From Macrostomum lignano (taxonomy: Eukaryota), in NCBI GenBank assembly GCA_002269645.1, contig NIVC01000475.1, positions 124,001 to 188,000 of the forward strand: DNA of 64,000 nt, read 5' to 3'. Under the pieces are notes generated by a model, which searched no databases, was not told the DNA's origin, and was given only the letters and a program-made list of their open reading frames with translations. Position numbers and translations under genes: made by a program. Positions 48,095 to 62,700 of the stretch are shown here, in pieces (position 1 is the stretch's first letter; each line of letters starts with the position of its first letter).

Positions 48095-50748
48095 GTAAGA
48101 TCACATTTAAATGATTGATTTTTATGCCTATGAAGCAACTTTTTTCGCGCCTTTTTGAAATGTTTAAGTAGGCCTATTGTCTAAATATGTTTATTTAGAT
48201 CTTTTAGATCTTTAGATCTTTAGATCTAAGCCATTAGATCTTTAGATCTTAGCCATTAGATCTTTATGGCAGTTAGTAATAGTTATCTCTGATGCAAAAT
48301 TTTTCATTATTGTTTTTTAATTTTTTCAAATTGTGCATTTGATGGTAAATTAATGAACAATTGTTGTTTTATTGATTGTGTGCATTTTAGTAAACAATGG
48401 ACAACTGTTGTCCAAAGTGTCTAGGCCTATTGTCTACTATAAAACAAGTTGACTTGCAACACTGTTTTATGCGGCCATTTTGTTGTGTGGCCATTTTGAC
48501 AGTGTGGCCATTTTGTCATATGGCCATTTTGTATGTGGCCATTTTGATGGGCTTCTATCCCTAGTTCCTTAAATGCCATAGTCTTGATAGACATTTGTTG
48601 GCTTTATTTTTATTTTAACAAAGTAAAGTCTTTCAGCCTAATAACAATAGTTCTAGTATTTTTTAAATTTACATTTTTAACAAAATATTGTAAAACACTA
48701 TTTTATTAGTCTAAAATTTTGTCCCTTTAAGTTTTTCTCCCTTTTTAAAATCCTAGCTACACTACTGTTGAAGATTAAGATTATAATTATTAAGATTATT
48801 ACATGTGCCCAATACAAGATGCATGTTACTTTTTTCTTGGGCATATGAACTTTTTTACTTGGTGTATAGTGCATAATTAAAAATTTGATTAAGGGATTTA
48901 TTGTGGCATATATAGTGCACTTTCTTGACCATGGTTCAAATCCACTTTTAACATTTCTAATAGGCCTCAAATATGACTAACTATCATAATATATTTAGAG
49001 AAAGCCAAGGAGCCAATGTACCATTGCCATACTCCTTAGCCTGGATACCATTTTATTAAAAAGCTCTTTTGAAAATTAGATAAGCTTAAATAAAAACTAA
49101 AATGAAATAGTAATATAACTTATGTCCATGAGAAAAAATAAGGATTTAATTAAAAGTTAATGCTTTATAGGGCCTAGTTCAATAAAACTATTGTTTCTAA
49201 AAATATATTATACAAAGTAGATATCTAAACAGGTTTATTTTTAATATTTTTTATTTCTGTCACCATTAAATAAAAAAATAAAATTTGCAGTCTAGCATAT
49301 GCAATGCTGCCATTAACTGGTTTTAATGTAGCTATATTTTTATCATTATATTGTGCTTTGTGTTTTTTGTATTCCTATTACTTGCTTATTGCAGTTTTTG
49401 TTTTTTGTGATTTTTTTTGTGCTATTTGTACTAGTAATACAACTATAAATTTGTTAAAAAGGGGCAAATTCTGGAAGATAAAGACCTGGGAGAGAGGTAG
49501 AAGGATGGTTCTGTTTTTGGAAAAAATTTACTTGGTCCCCCTTTTGTTTTTTAGGCCTCCACCTAAGGGGGGGGAAATTGCCCTCCCCTCATTTATGCCA
49601 CTGATTTGTACCACTTTTTTGTCTAAAATATATATTGCTATTGTGTTGGCCAAGCAGCTGCTAACAATTGTTAGTCAAGATAAACTTGACCATCTTTGCC
49701 AAGAAGTGCAGCAGCTGTGCCTCTAAGGCCTTTTAGCTATGAAATCTCCAATATTAACAATCTTTTGGCAATAGGTTAAAGTGCAGGTTTTTTGCTTAGT
49801 CAGCCTACCCCTGCTGATCAGCTGCCATAACATTCTGCCAAACCAATGCTGATCCTAAATGTGCCATTGGCAAGTCAAATGACATTGACAACTTCAAGTG
49901 CAACTCAATGGCCAATAGCACACATTTAGTACATTGTTGCATATGTAGCTTCCTCTGCTCAACTAAACAGTCATGCATTGATGTCCATATCAATCAATAT
50001 CTCTTAAAGCTTGGGATCGAAAGGCTTGAAGCATAAGCAAAGTATGTGCATACCAAGCAAAGAAGAGGAAGCAGAAGGCTTAGGAGACTGCCAAATAGGC
50101 AGAGGTAAAGCAATAAGCCAAGCTGGTAAAAGCTGTACAACAACAAGGGAAGCAACTTAAGAGAGCAACAAAGATTTGAGAGCAAGAGCAGTCTGCAAAC
50201 AATCTGGAGCAGGCTATCAACTAGAAGGTTTCAGAAGCAGAGATGGCATTGCAAAAGATTGCAGAATGTCTGAGACAGCCTCAGCTTGAATGAGACACTG
50301 CATAGAAAGCCAAGCAAGCTATGGATAGAGGCCACCATCTTCAGGAGCAGCATGCCCAGGAGACAGCTCTCAACTGGCCCTCATGGACTGCATGAAACTT
50401 GTGCAATGCAATTATATTTTATTGTGTTAGCAACCTGCATTGTGTCCATTAGGATATTGTGTATTGGTCTACTATATGCAAATACTACATATTCATAAAA
50501 CCTTTTAAATGCATATGCCCAATACACAATTGCATGTTAAGCTCAGTTCATGAAGTAAATACCTAAAGGAAGCCAATTTTGTAACTATTGTTTAACGTAG
50601 AATTTATTTGGTAAAATTTACTCAACTAGCTAATTTGCTAGTAGCGTATATCAGAAAACAAATGTTATTTTATGCTGCTTATAACAATTTTAATCCAGAG
50701 CGCAACCATTCTAACAAACATTTTTCTTTACATTCATTAAAAATCTAG

Positions 50749-53700
50749 TGCCATATGCAGTCAAGAAGGGCGTCAAGTTCAGTTTACAAGAGTCGGCAAT
50801 ATCCAAGGCGCTGGACATACTGAATGAGCGGCGCCAAGATCTTGCCGAACTGCTGCAATTCGCTGGTCGGCTGACCGAAATTGAGCTGACGCTCGAGGAG
50901 AGCGACAGCAACAGCGACGAGGACGAGGATGAGAATGAGGAGGAGGACCTGAGCCAGCTGTCTAAGATCAACATCAGCGTGGCGTGCCAGCAAACTGAGG
51001 GGCTGAAACAGCTCAACGAGTTTCTCAAGCCAGAACAAGGCTTAGCCAAATGGATTACTGATAATGTTTCTTCGAACGTGAAGAGTTTCAAGTCTTTTGT
51101 TGTGCTACTAGAGGAGAATTACTTCAAAGCGGTGCTGAAACGAGTTCGATCAATCGAGTAAGTAGATGCTACTATTTAGGGCCAGACAGGGTATTGATTA
51201 AAAAGATGTAGAGGATTGTGTACTGTAGGGGAAGGATAGAATGATTGAAGACTGGCGAACTCTGGGGATTTGTTGGGGAGTAATTGGAGAACTGACTCGT
51301 ACTCGCTGGTCTTGCCTTGCGAGCTTGTATTATTAGTTTTTGTTACTTTTGCTTTCAGGAAGCAGCTCAAAGACACGTCACCTACGCCGCCACCAGATGC
51401 TAGCAAAGACGCCAGTGCTAGCACCAAGCCTAAGGAAGAGGCGTCACGCCCGTCCAGTGTCGATTCAGAAGCTGCTAAAGCACCGGTTGCTCCAGACTCC
51501 GAAGTCGCAGCACCGGTTGCTACTGACTCATCAAATGCCGCAGCACCGGTTGCTACTGACTCATCAAATGCCGCAGCACCGGTTGCTACTGACTCAGCAA
51601 ATGCCGCAGCACCGGTTGCTACTGACTCATCAAATGCCGCAGCACCGGTTGCTACTGACTCATCAAATGCCGCAGCACCGGTTGCTACTGACTCATCAAA
51701 TGCCGCAGCACCGGTTGCTACTGACTCATCAAATGCCGCAGCACCGGTTGCTACTGACTCATCAAATGCCGCAGCACCGGTTGCTACTGACTCATCAAAT
51801 GCCGCAGCACCGGTTGCTACTGACTCATCAAATGCCGCAGCACCGGTTGCTACTGACTCATCAAATGCCGCAGCACCGGTTGCTACTGACTCATCAAATG
51901 CCGCAGCACCGGTTGCTTCTGACTCATCAAATGCCGCAGCACCGGTTGCTACTGACTCATCAAATGCCGCAGCACCGGTTGCTACTGACTCATCAAATGC
52001 CGCAGCACCGGTTGCTACTGACTCATCAAATGCCGCAGCACCGGTTGCTACTGACTCATCAAATGCCGCAGCACCGGTTGCTACTGACTCATCAAATGCC
52101 ACAGCACCGGTTGCACCTGAATCAGACAATACTGCAGATTCAAATCCAGCTAAGGCAGTCCATTCAGACACAGCCAAGTCAGATACGTCGGGCGCTTTAA
52201 AAGACGAAGCAGCTGATTCTGCAGCGAATGCAGTTACAGACGCAAGCGGTGATGCTGGCGCTGAATCTTCCAGCACAGCTACTGGCAAGCCAGGCAAACC
52301 GGCTGATCCAGCGACCGTTACACGGAAGAGAAGTGATGGTAAGTAGTAATAATTTCAGAATAACGAAATAATATTTTGACATGTATTATTAGTAGAGTAG
52401 GAAGTAAAATCTCATTATTATAAATTTATGCATGTAATATTCTGCTATCTTAATAATTAGTAGAGTATCAAGATGCTATGGATTTCTAACTGTATTTTAG
52501 TATCTTAAATTTACAGCTACAAATATCTATCATTGATATTGTAGCTATCGTACTCTAAAATCAGGCACGTACATGTGTAATATAACCCTAGGCCATTCTT
52601 ATTATTTATTAAACTAAGTTTAGTTTTCAAGATGTCTGTTTATATTATGGCTGTAAAGCTCTTAAAGTTTTGATGACTATACTGCCGTGAATGTATTAGA
52701 AGTAAACATATCGACCGTCTAGTAAATTAAGTGTCAGTTTATTTTTATTACGTCTCCTGCGCGATTCAGAGTTTGAGTAAAAGTAAACTTTGTCTTTTTT
52801 AGGCGCCCGCAATAAGCAGCAGCAGCAGCAGGGCAAAGGCCGAGTTGCCAACACAGCTGCTGATGGCACCAGAGAAACCAGTGAATCGCGTACTAAAAGT
52901 GAAACAGCGGCTAAAGATGTAAAGATTGAAGACAAACCAGATAAGTCGGGCTCGACTGCGCCTGCTGCGAGTGACCAAATTGGAACTAGAGCTGAGAACG
53001 CCGACAATTCAGCGGCTGTGGCTGATCAAAGCCAAGCTAATGCTTCAGCTGATGTCCCGGTTCATGCCGACTCTGAAGCTGCGCCTAAATTGGTAAGGAA
53101 TTGTTTTGCTTTCTCGGATTGGTAGTCGGCTTGTACGCCGCTTAGAGTTCTCGCGATTTGATTGGCTTGGAGGTTTCGTCTGTCTGCCCAGGCCGGCCTA
53201 GTCTGGATGGAGGGGTGGCTGTTTGCTAAATCATGCTAGTTATGTTTGAACTGTAAATATCAGAGCGCACGGGCCTTCCAAGCCTCTGTGACTTCTACCC
53301 TGCAATCGCTTCTTGCATCTGCGTTATATTTGGTTGTCAAATATTTATTGCCCAGCTATTTATCTTATCCTCTGATTGATGTCTCTTTCATTGGCAAAAT
53401 AAAGTTAAAATAAAGTCCATAATTTTTGCTCTGCTGCTTTGCTAGGGCATTTTTAGCTTGTATCAAATCAAATATTGTTAAATAACTTCTGAACTTCAGG
53501 ATCCCTGGTTGGAACTTCAAGACTATTTAAAGCTCGATGAAGGTCACAAGAAATTTTATGTAAGTGTATGATATATTATAAAATTCTTTGATTCATTTTA
53601 TTTGCATATCGCCAGCTGTAACTTAAAACTGTCTCTACCCTGTAAAAAATTCGGCTGTTTCTTCGGCTGTTTCTTCTCTGCACATTTCAACCGGAATCAA

Positions 53701-56700
53701 CCGTATTCGTGCCATATATCCCCAGTGTGTACAGGAATCAACCGAGGAAACAGCCCATGTGACATTTAATTGTGCGGAATCAGCCAAAGAAACAGCCGAA
53801 CATTTTCTTCTTCTGCGGCTGATTCCGCGAATCCTGGTTGATTCCTCAGTTGATTCCAGTGAAGGAATCACCTCAATTTTTCGGTTGATTCCTCAGCTCA
53901 GTTGGATGATTCTTACTACGTAGTACTCCGGAGTACTCCGGGTTGATCACAGGACTGACTGTACATTAAAACTCTAAGGTGATTGTATTAAAAAATTAAT
54001 GTCCTTTAGCAGTGTCGGATGCATCCCCAACCCTAGCACACTAACCACTTTGAGACCCGAATAATTTACTGTGCAGCTACTTTTACAAGTAGTTTCTTTT
54101 ACATGTATCGGGAAAAATAAGACGTCGTTTTTGTTTTTACTAAAACAGGCAGCAGGAATCACTAATGTGCAGGGCGTAATCTTAGCTGGCATGCAACCCA
54201 GAAAGCAGAAAATAGTTAAAAGCCATTTAAGTACAAGAAAATTTGTAGAATAATCAGCATTGTATTTGTTTAATCATTCCATGAATGAAACATGTGGGAG
54301 AAAAATCACTATGCGAGACAAAAGTAGAACAGCGGTTGAATTGATTCCCAGAGTGATTCTTGTCCTAGAAACATCTGACTGCGCTGATTCCCTGTATTGA
54401 CAGTTTCCTTCCTTTAGGTGGGTTGATTCCTTTAGCTACATTTAGCTGATTCCTTAAGTGGAATCGTCCTATTTAAGCTGATTCCTAAATTGGCAGATTC
54501 CTTCCATTAAATTCGGCTGATTCTTTACCTGGAATCATCTGGAATATGTTGGTTCAGTTGATTCTCAACTTCGGCTGTTTCCATTCTGTGGAATCATCCG
54601 AAATTACTGCTGATTCCAGCTGGAATCAACCGAAGAATCAACCGAATTTTTTGGCGGGTATCCTAGCAATCCACACTATGTTTGATCAGAAGCTTAAATA
54701 AAATAGCTATGAATAGCAAGGATTTTAATGCAGTCTACTGTTGGCACTAGCAAGATTTTTCTTTTATAGGCACAGGCAGTCTGAGTAACTTGCTGTATTA
54801 TAATGTGTACGTTAGCTAATACCAAATTCTCATGAACAGAAATGATATAATAGTCCGAAAAGTTGCATCGATGCAGTATCATCAAGCATGTCCAACTACT
54901 TACCTTGATCATGGCCCGATCAGTTAAGGCGTCATCCGAATCGGTTGTTGCATGCAGTAAAACTTGCTAAATGTCGGTCGTCTGATATTAATAAGGTGGT
55001 CTTGTTCACTCTGACTGTTACTATGCCTAATGTGCACCATCTAATTTCTATCTGGACATTCCAGACCTGTATCTTCTGTTAATCCATCTATAACCATATA
55101 TAAATAGTAACACACCAATAGCAATACAGTCGCGACACAAAACGGCTTGACTATGTTAAAAATGTTGTTTGTGTTATGACTGAGGCTTTCGGAGGCTGAG
55201 GCTGAGGTTTTCGGATTCGCAGCTCGCAGCTGCTTAGTTACATATATTTTCGCTCAATTCTGAGCCGAGCTTTTCGAGCTCTCTTTTTCATATAACTTAA
55301 CTTTTTAACGCATGCGCATAGTAGTTCAACTTAGAAAAATAAAGAGCAGCCTGTGCTCAAATTCATATCTATGGCCAAGCCATAGCAGTTTCTATTAAAG
55401 AACTACATTCAGATAAAATTTCTTCAAAAGCGGGACACGAAAGTGCAGCGTAAATTTTTATCGATTGCAGTTAGATTAGGCCTTTAGATACTCCGTAAAT
55501 TTGTGTTTGATTCCATTACTATAAAATATCGGGTAAAAATTAAAACTAAATATTTTTTAGTTTGCTTAGTTTCTGTCAAACGCAATATTTTTTATTTCAG
55601 ACGTCCTTCGACTTTCGGCTGTACGTCGCGGATATCGTCAAGTTTACTTTGGATGGGGTTTTGAATGCCAAGAGGGGCGGTTCAGATAATCAGCAACTTG
55701 CCGAAGCTCTCTCGACGTTGCTTCTTGACGCTAAGTGTGACATTACACTTTCACTCGTTATTCACGAAAAGAAGATAAGCAAGTCATTTTCATTGAAACA
55801 GAAGGTTAATTCCATTAAAGATTTTCATGCTCTTCCGTCTTGGAAACTGTTCTTTCTATCTGATCGACTTGATGACTTTGTCTATAACTACACGTTGCAC
55901 AGTCGAAGACCGACATTAGAATTTACAAATCAAAGACAGTTTCAAGATTTGCTGAAAAAAATGGTGGCGTCTGCTTCAGCACCCGTTGAAAGAGCAGTGA
56001 ATAACTGTGCCAATATTCTAGACTCAATCGTCAAATGCTGTTCTAAAAGGGGTAGTACACCTACTGATGGCATAATTGGTGAGCTGGAAAGTCGGCCTCT
56101 CAACGGAGATCGACGCATATGCTTCGACGCTCTTTTGGAGCCGTTCATCGATTCAGTTGTCGGAAAGTCCAACGTGTTCTGGCGGATATTCGCTTCTCAT
56201 GCAGTTTCACTGGCCATGGCCGACTCAACATCGCTAATAAGCAGCAGCGATCCAGTCGAGTTTATCGATCAGTGCTACTATTCACTCGTGTCCAAATGGC
56301 TCAGAAATGTCACAGAAAAAGATACTAAGAAAGCGCTTGAAGTCAATGCAACTGAGTTCCTATCCGTCATCAAGAGAATGCTGAGTCCTCCATTTGCACA
56401 GATCTTCCCACTGAAGCCGGGAGGAGGCATTCTGCTGTGCCGACTGTCGCTCTTCATTCAGGGCAGATTCGCTCCAGAAAACAAGTCGTACTGGAAAACC
56501 GACGAAGCCACTCTGCTTTTAAGTTTCTTGCAGAAGCCCGCACTAAAAGGCATAAGCTCATTATCTAGTCGCTTTTTAGATTCGTCGCTGCCTTCTTTCC
56601 TGTGCCTGTGCTATTGCGCCAAGGTACTGCACCCGTCTGCAGCACCTGGTAAATTCGTACAGCTTGTGAAGAATCTTGGATTTGTTGAACGAGGTGGCGA

Positions 56701-59700
56701 CAACTTCAGAAGTGATTTTACTGAAGCTCTGGTCAAATCTGGATTGCTCAGGAGCATCAGCTGCAGCAACTTTGTGAGCATTGCAGGCGCAGTTTTCAAC
56801 GACGGAGAAGATTTTACCTGCTTCAAATCGCTGCTAGAAGAATTTCTAAAGATCAAAGAAGTCGATGAGACGCTGAGCGCCTTCGAGTCTTCTGAATTTT
56901 TGAGTGCTTCGCTTAAGGATTGGGTTCAGAATTTCGGATCCTCATTGATGTACACGAAACTTTTAGCTGATCTGCAGACAGAATCTTGGCAGCGTTTTTG
57001 TGACATCTATCCAAGAGTAAAGAAATTGTACTGTGTCGAGGAGTCTGTGTGGCACGAGCAGGTTCTTCCTGTTGTTCGGAGAGCCATCATTGCATCGATT
57101 AGTTCAAAGAAGTACGAAAATGACGGTTCAGCGCCCAATCGCCGTGACCTGGCTCTATTGTTAGATGTGAAAGGTGTTTTAGACGAAAAGCTCGCAATCG
57201 AGTTCTTGTCTATCATATTTTCATCGAAGACGCACTGGCTGATCAAGTTTTGCCTCGAGAAATTCGCAGATGTGTTTTTAAGCCATATTTTAGCAGCCGA
57301 TGTTGAACAGCAAAGACATGTATTGTGCCAGTTTATTCGGTTGAGTTGTGACTACCTGCATAATTCCGTGTGTGCAACGATAAAGCCACTCATTAAAATG
57401 TCACAGGATATTTCTCTCGTAAGTTTGTGCAATGAAGCAGCGCTTGATGTTTTGAATGAGAAGAGGCTTACTAGAGCAGTGATTGAAAGCAATGTTGAAG
57501 ATGGAAAGTCTGCTGGTCTCACTGACATTGTATTCGGAGTCTGTCTGCAACAAGTTAGCGACACTGGCGGTTGCGAACAACAGCAAAAAGAAGAGATCTT
57601 GAAGTTCTTCCAGCATCCGAGCGATGCATTCTGCACTGATGGCTTGTCAAGGTAGGAACCTCAATTTTATTTCTTTATAATTGCTTGAGCTACGTTGACT
57701 TTTTATATAGCAGGGATTTTAGTTTGGCTACTAAAACGTTAACGCTTCTAGTCTTTCATGAGGCATCATAAAACGTATTTGAACCTTATGGCAATAATTG
57801 AGAATGCATGCAGGAAGGACGACTTTAGTGGACGGGAAACTTCGTTTCCTAAAAATGATTTAGGCTGGGTTCGCTGATACTGCTGAGATAGGAAATTGTC
57901 ATTTTTGACACAAAAAACAACAGCAAATTTTTTAAAGGAGATGAATAGGTTTGTTTTTGTATAAAATGACTGTTTTATTGATCGATTGATTGTAAAGTGT
58001 CATTTAAAAATTGTAGATTCGTGTTAAAGTTGTAGATTGTGATTTTAATTGTAAAAATGTAGATTCGTGAACAAGATTCGTGTAGATTTCTTGTGAATTT
58101 CCATCGAATCGTATAGAATACTTGTATACTAAATATTCCTTAAATGACAAAAAAAGTTTTTTATTTAGTTCTATGGAACTCCAATGCTGCGAATAAATAA
58201 ATTCTTCTTTTTTCTTTCTCAATTCTTTGACACATTTAAAAGAAACATTATTTTAATTGCACAGTCTTAGTCTTAAACAGTTTTGTTTCGTTAGAAACGA
58301 TATAGAATGACATTTAAATTGAAATTTAGGAGAGAAAGAGGACGAGCGAGAGCTTCGATCTGTTCTAAACAATAAACTATCGCTATTTGTTTTGCAAAAA
58401 ATTAAATTTCCATATCTTCGTAGTTTCCGTAGTATATTTTTTGCGCAAAATCAGCACAAAATTTTAATAAACAAGGCTTCCCGTCATACACAAGTCGTCC
58501 TTGCCATGTAGACGGATGCTCTGTTTAAATTTAAATCATGATTCCAATCAGAGTTTATGATAAAGAGTCTGTCCATGGCACGCAAATGAAAGAGACGAGA
58601 AAGAGAAGAGCGTTAAAGGATTGAAGAAAAATATGGCTAGGCTTGTCTAAATCTCAATTGTACTAATTAAAAATGCTGTCAAAGTATTGTTTTTTTAAGG
58701 CTCTAGTGTTTCTTGTCACTTCCACAACGCCTAGTGTTGTAACCTCGCATTTCCACTTTTAAGCTACTTATGATGATTCTATTAGAGTTTAAAGTAAAAA
58801 ATATTTAATGCCAGTTATGTTTTTCTGCTTCTGTTTACATTTTGATGATTATACTTTGATGATGCGATAAAAATGTTTGATCCGCAAAGATTTCAATGTA
58901 AAATAATTAAATAATTTTCAGACCAATGTGTGAGATTTTCGGGCTGAGTCTCGAGCATTTGCTGTCGGCACAGCCAACTCAGCATCGTCCAACAAGTGCG
59001 TTGGAGCTGCTGCCTTTACTGCTAGAGAAGAACTTCATGTGGATGTGGATGACCAGCGACTCGGATCCCAGCATCCAGCCGCTTGCAGAGGCTGTTCGTC
59101 TGAAACTGAGCAGCAAACTGCAGTGCATTGCTGACTTTGCCAGGGTATTTTTTAATCGAGATGCTGACAAGCACCTGTCTTTAGCTGACTTAAGAGAATT
59201 CGTTGCCATCTTTGTTAAACTCGATAATACGGGAAAACTTGTTCGTGGAAGCATTGAGTCCAGTTTGTATGACTACTTTGACCTGCTGCTGAAGGCCTTC
59301 TTTGTCAACTTTGATCGAAATGGACGGACAGAAGAAACTGTACGTTGCTTAGAGCAAAATGAAAGAAGCTGGAATGAACAGTGCGCTGTTGTTGGCCAAA
59401 TTTTTGATTTTCTGTTTCTCATTTCGGGAGAAAACTCTCAACTGAACTTAAAGCTGCTGGACTTAAACGAAAAGCAATCTCGATACCAGTCATTGAAGCA
59501 GCGGTTTTTAAACTCCATTGGCTCTTTTGGAAGCGATGATTTGGTTTTTCAGATATTCGAAATCAGAAATGTTCAGAACCTTGAATTAATGAAGTCACTA
59601 GTCCAATCTGAGTTGTTCAGGACAGTGTTTGTCCGATCCAAGCCTGCTTCCGGTGGCTCGCGCAATTTGTTTGAAGCAGAGTCTCCTCAATCTGCAGTCT

Positions 59701-62700
59701 ATTCGAGACCAGGAGCTCTGATCACTGTTCAGTGCAGCTATGTGCTTGACAAAATGCTACCTGATGCATGCACTGCCTACAAGCAGTTCTGGGTTGAGGT
59801 AGAGAGAGGAAGCTTATTGTTGGAAAGTATAGGATCATTTATTTCGGAGGGCTCAAAAATCGAGTTTAAGCTGGAGGAGACCATTGTCTCTAATCTTGGC
59901 ATCTCCAGTTCGGTTGTTGAAAAGCTTCGCAGTATCCAGTTACGCGATATTTGGCTCAGTCGAGTGTATCTGCTTCAGTTTTTCCTCACTGAGTTTTTTG
60001 CGTTGAACGAACACTCTGCTGACTCACCCGGGGAGTCATATGCATCAGCCAGTGAAGTGTCTGACGATGAGAATACTAAGAATGTAGTTAGTTTCTGCAA
60101 TGAAGCCTTCATCAACCATGAAGACGCAACGGCTCTTATTGAAGAGTTTATCAGCCATTGTGAGAGCACTGCAACACTCAGTGACTATTTAGAAGTGTTT
60201 CATGATGTCCATGGAGCTTTTGGTGGTGTCGATCCGAATGTGTGGGAAGTCTTAGCCAGCATGTATGACTGTAGAAAGGAAACGCTGCCATTTTTGAGAG
60301 AGCAGCAGTCGTCTGACTTCCAACAGTTACTTGATAACACAGACGATACAATTGCACAGGACTTGAGTCTTTCTGTGATCAATTCATTAATCTCATTGCA
60401 GCAAGCACTAAGAAGTTTTTTGTCATCTTCGCCAAGAACTTCTGTTAAGGCACTCGAGCAGTCTGTTCTTCAAGCTTTGAAGTATTTCGAAGCAGCAGAC
60501 AATGATGCTAACATACAGAATGAAGTTAACCAGAGACAAAAGGCTGCAAAGAATTTAATTGATCGGATTAAAGAATGCAATGGGCATATCAATTCCATAA
60601 AAACGCTGCATGCCAGCATGGGCTCTCGTGGAGAGACATCGAAACTGCTTGCTATTGGTATTGTCGATGAAAAGGAGGTTATTCGATTTTTTATTAAAAC
60701 GCCTCTGTGTACCTGCATACTACAGAGATCAGTGGGTTCATCTGAATCTGAGTACACTCTACCACAACTTCGAGATCACAGGAGTAGAATAATTATTTCA
60801 TTAAGCTCTCAAAAAGACCGAAGTTCTGTTGAACAGAATGATTCAGTAACGCTTAAAGAGTTCGTCCACTTGATCGATTTACTAGAAAATACATTTGATA
60901 CTGCTGAAAGGCTTCTGAAGAAAGGCCATCCTTTGTTTGCGAATCATGAATTTTGTGGAAGCCTGTCGGCTTGTGAAGATGAGCTTAAAGAATTGCAGGT
61001 GAAAGAAGCTTCGTGGGACAAGTTGCTGCAAGACCTACGCCTCACTCATCATTTGGCGAATTATGTATTTGGTTCCAATTTATTGAAATTGTTCCAGGTT
61101 TTTTATCTGGGACACGAAAAGCGCGACATAATGAACATACTGTACTTTATGAAAGTTGACGGCAGCAGTTTCGACGAAGTTCCGCTAAAAAATCTGAATA
61201 TAGATGAATTAGACGCCAGTGAACTGTACCAGCTCTTCGACGAAATGTTTTCCACTTTAGATGACCTGCCTCGCATTGAACCTCGTGTGTTTAAAAGCTT
61301 GCCAATACAGAAGACAGACATGTGCGTGAGACCAGGAGAACTACTAGTCTGCCAAATGAATCCTGCAGAAAAGGATGTTATCAGTATATTTCTAAACGTC
61401 TGGATTAGTACACAGAAAGAGTTTCCTTGGATAAGTGAAGTTGTTTTCTGTTCGCAAGACACTGTTTCAGATGAAGTTGTCCTTGCTCTAAAGAGGTGTG
61501 CAAGAGAAGACACACACACGACCTTCCTTGTTGAAGTGCAGAATTTACGGCAAAAAGTACTTCGCGAACTAATTGCTGAATTAATTCAACAACAATCTCA
61601 GAGGAAGTTAGGCAGAGTCGCCATTTTATGTCGAGCTGCTGACTCTCACAGTATTTTTACAGTTTTCCGTGACAAAGTAGTGAAAGCAAAGTCATTGACA
61701 GAGGAGAAACTAAAGATTGTCTTAAAGGACTGCTTCAGCGACGTTTTCTTTTGCACTTCTGATAGGCCATCTGTTGGTAAATCTGAGTTAATTGTTACCG
61801 CTTCTTGCAAAAAGTCTCAAAATTTCAGCCGAATTCATATTAGCGGTTTTGTTCAGAAGCAAGCAGTAATGGAAAAGATTCAGAAAGCCAGTATCACAAA
61901 GAATGCATATATGCACATTGACGTTGGTAGTGTGCAAAATGCGGACCTCTTGGAACTCATTCTTTTTGAAGCTGTATTTTGTCAGACTTTATCGACAGCT
62001 CAGGCTATCGTTCAATTCAGACCTAAAGCGTTGTACTTGGAGATAGCGAACAGCATAGACAAAGAGCTGGAAGATTCGTTCACACTTTTCTCAAGCTTGC
62101 CTGATGCAAAATGCGAATGGAAGCATTTGAAAAATCTGGAAGTATCAAGCGAACCAACAAGTCCTATTCAAATAGTTTGCAAATATCTGTATTTGCTAGC
62201 TACTAACACTGTTGATGCTACTGAAGTTGACTTGACAGATTGTGTTCCAAGTAATGTCTGCCTAAATCTGATTGGTCAGTTTTTTAATCATCCCCTGGAA
62301 GATGGCAAACGACCAAGTGAGATCATGTCTTTTCTCGTTTTAGAATCGTGTCTGAAGATTTTAGGAGAGCAGCTTAAAAAGTTCACTGCAAGCGCCTACT
62401 TTAGAGTAAGGAACCTCCAGCTTGTATACGGAGGCAGAGTAGAAATCCGCGCCAAGATGGTAGGACTTATCATGCAATCTACCTTAAAGCTAACATTAAA
62501 ATCAGTGTCATCAATTAAGTATCAACAAAGCGAGAGCCGCAAGAATGTTTTTGATCACACTGTCCAACGTTTCAGAGGCCTTATCAATTGGGAAGACTCT
62601 TCATACGTTCTGCCAGTCTTCATGAACCAAGACATATCCACAGTCGAGCTAATTTACCGAAGACTAACTGATGTAACCCCTGAAATTCGAGATCTATTCT

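Noticed and set aside
49300-50520. Short ORFs and MITE-like end (…ATGCCACTG ~49600) upstream of the RNF213-like exon
   Set aside because: AT-rich, stop-ridden and no matching TIR pair or TSD; probably old TE debris but not supportable.
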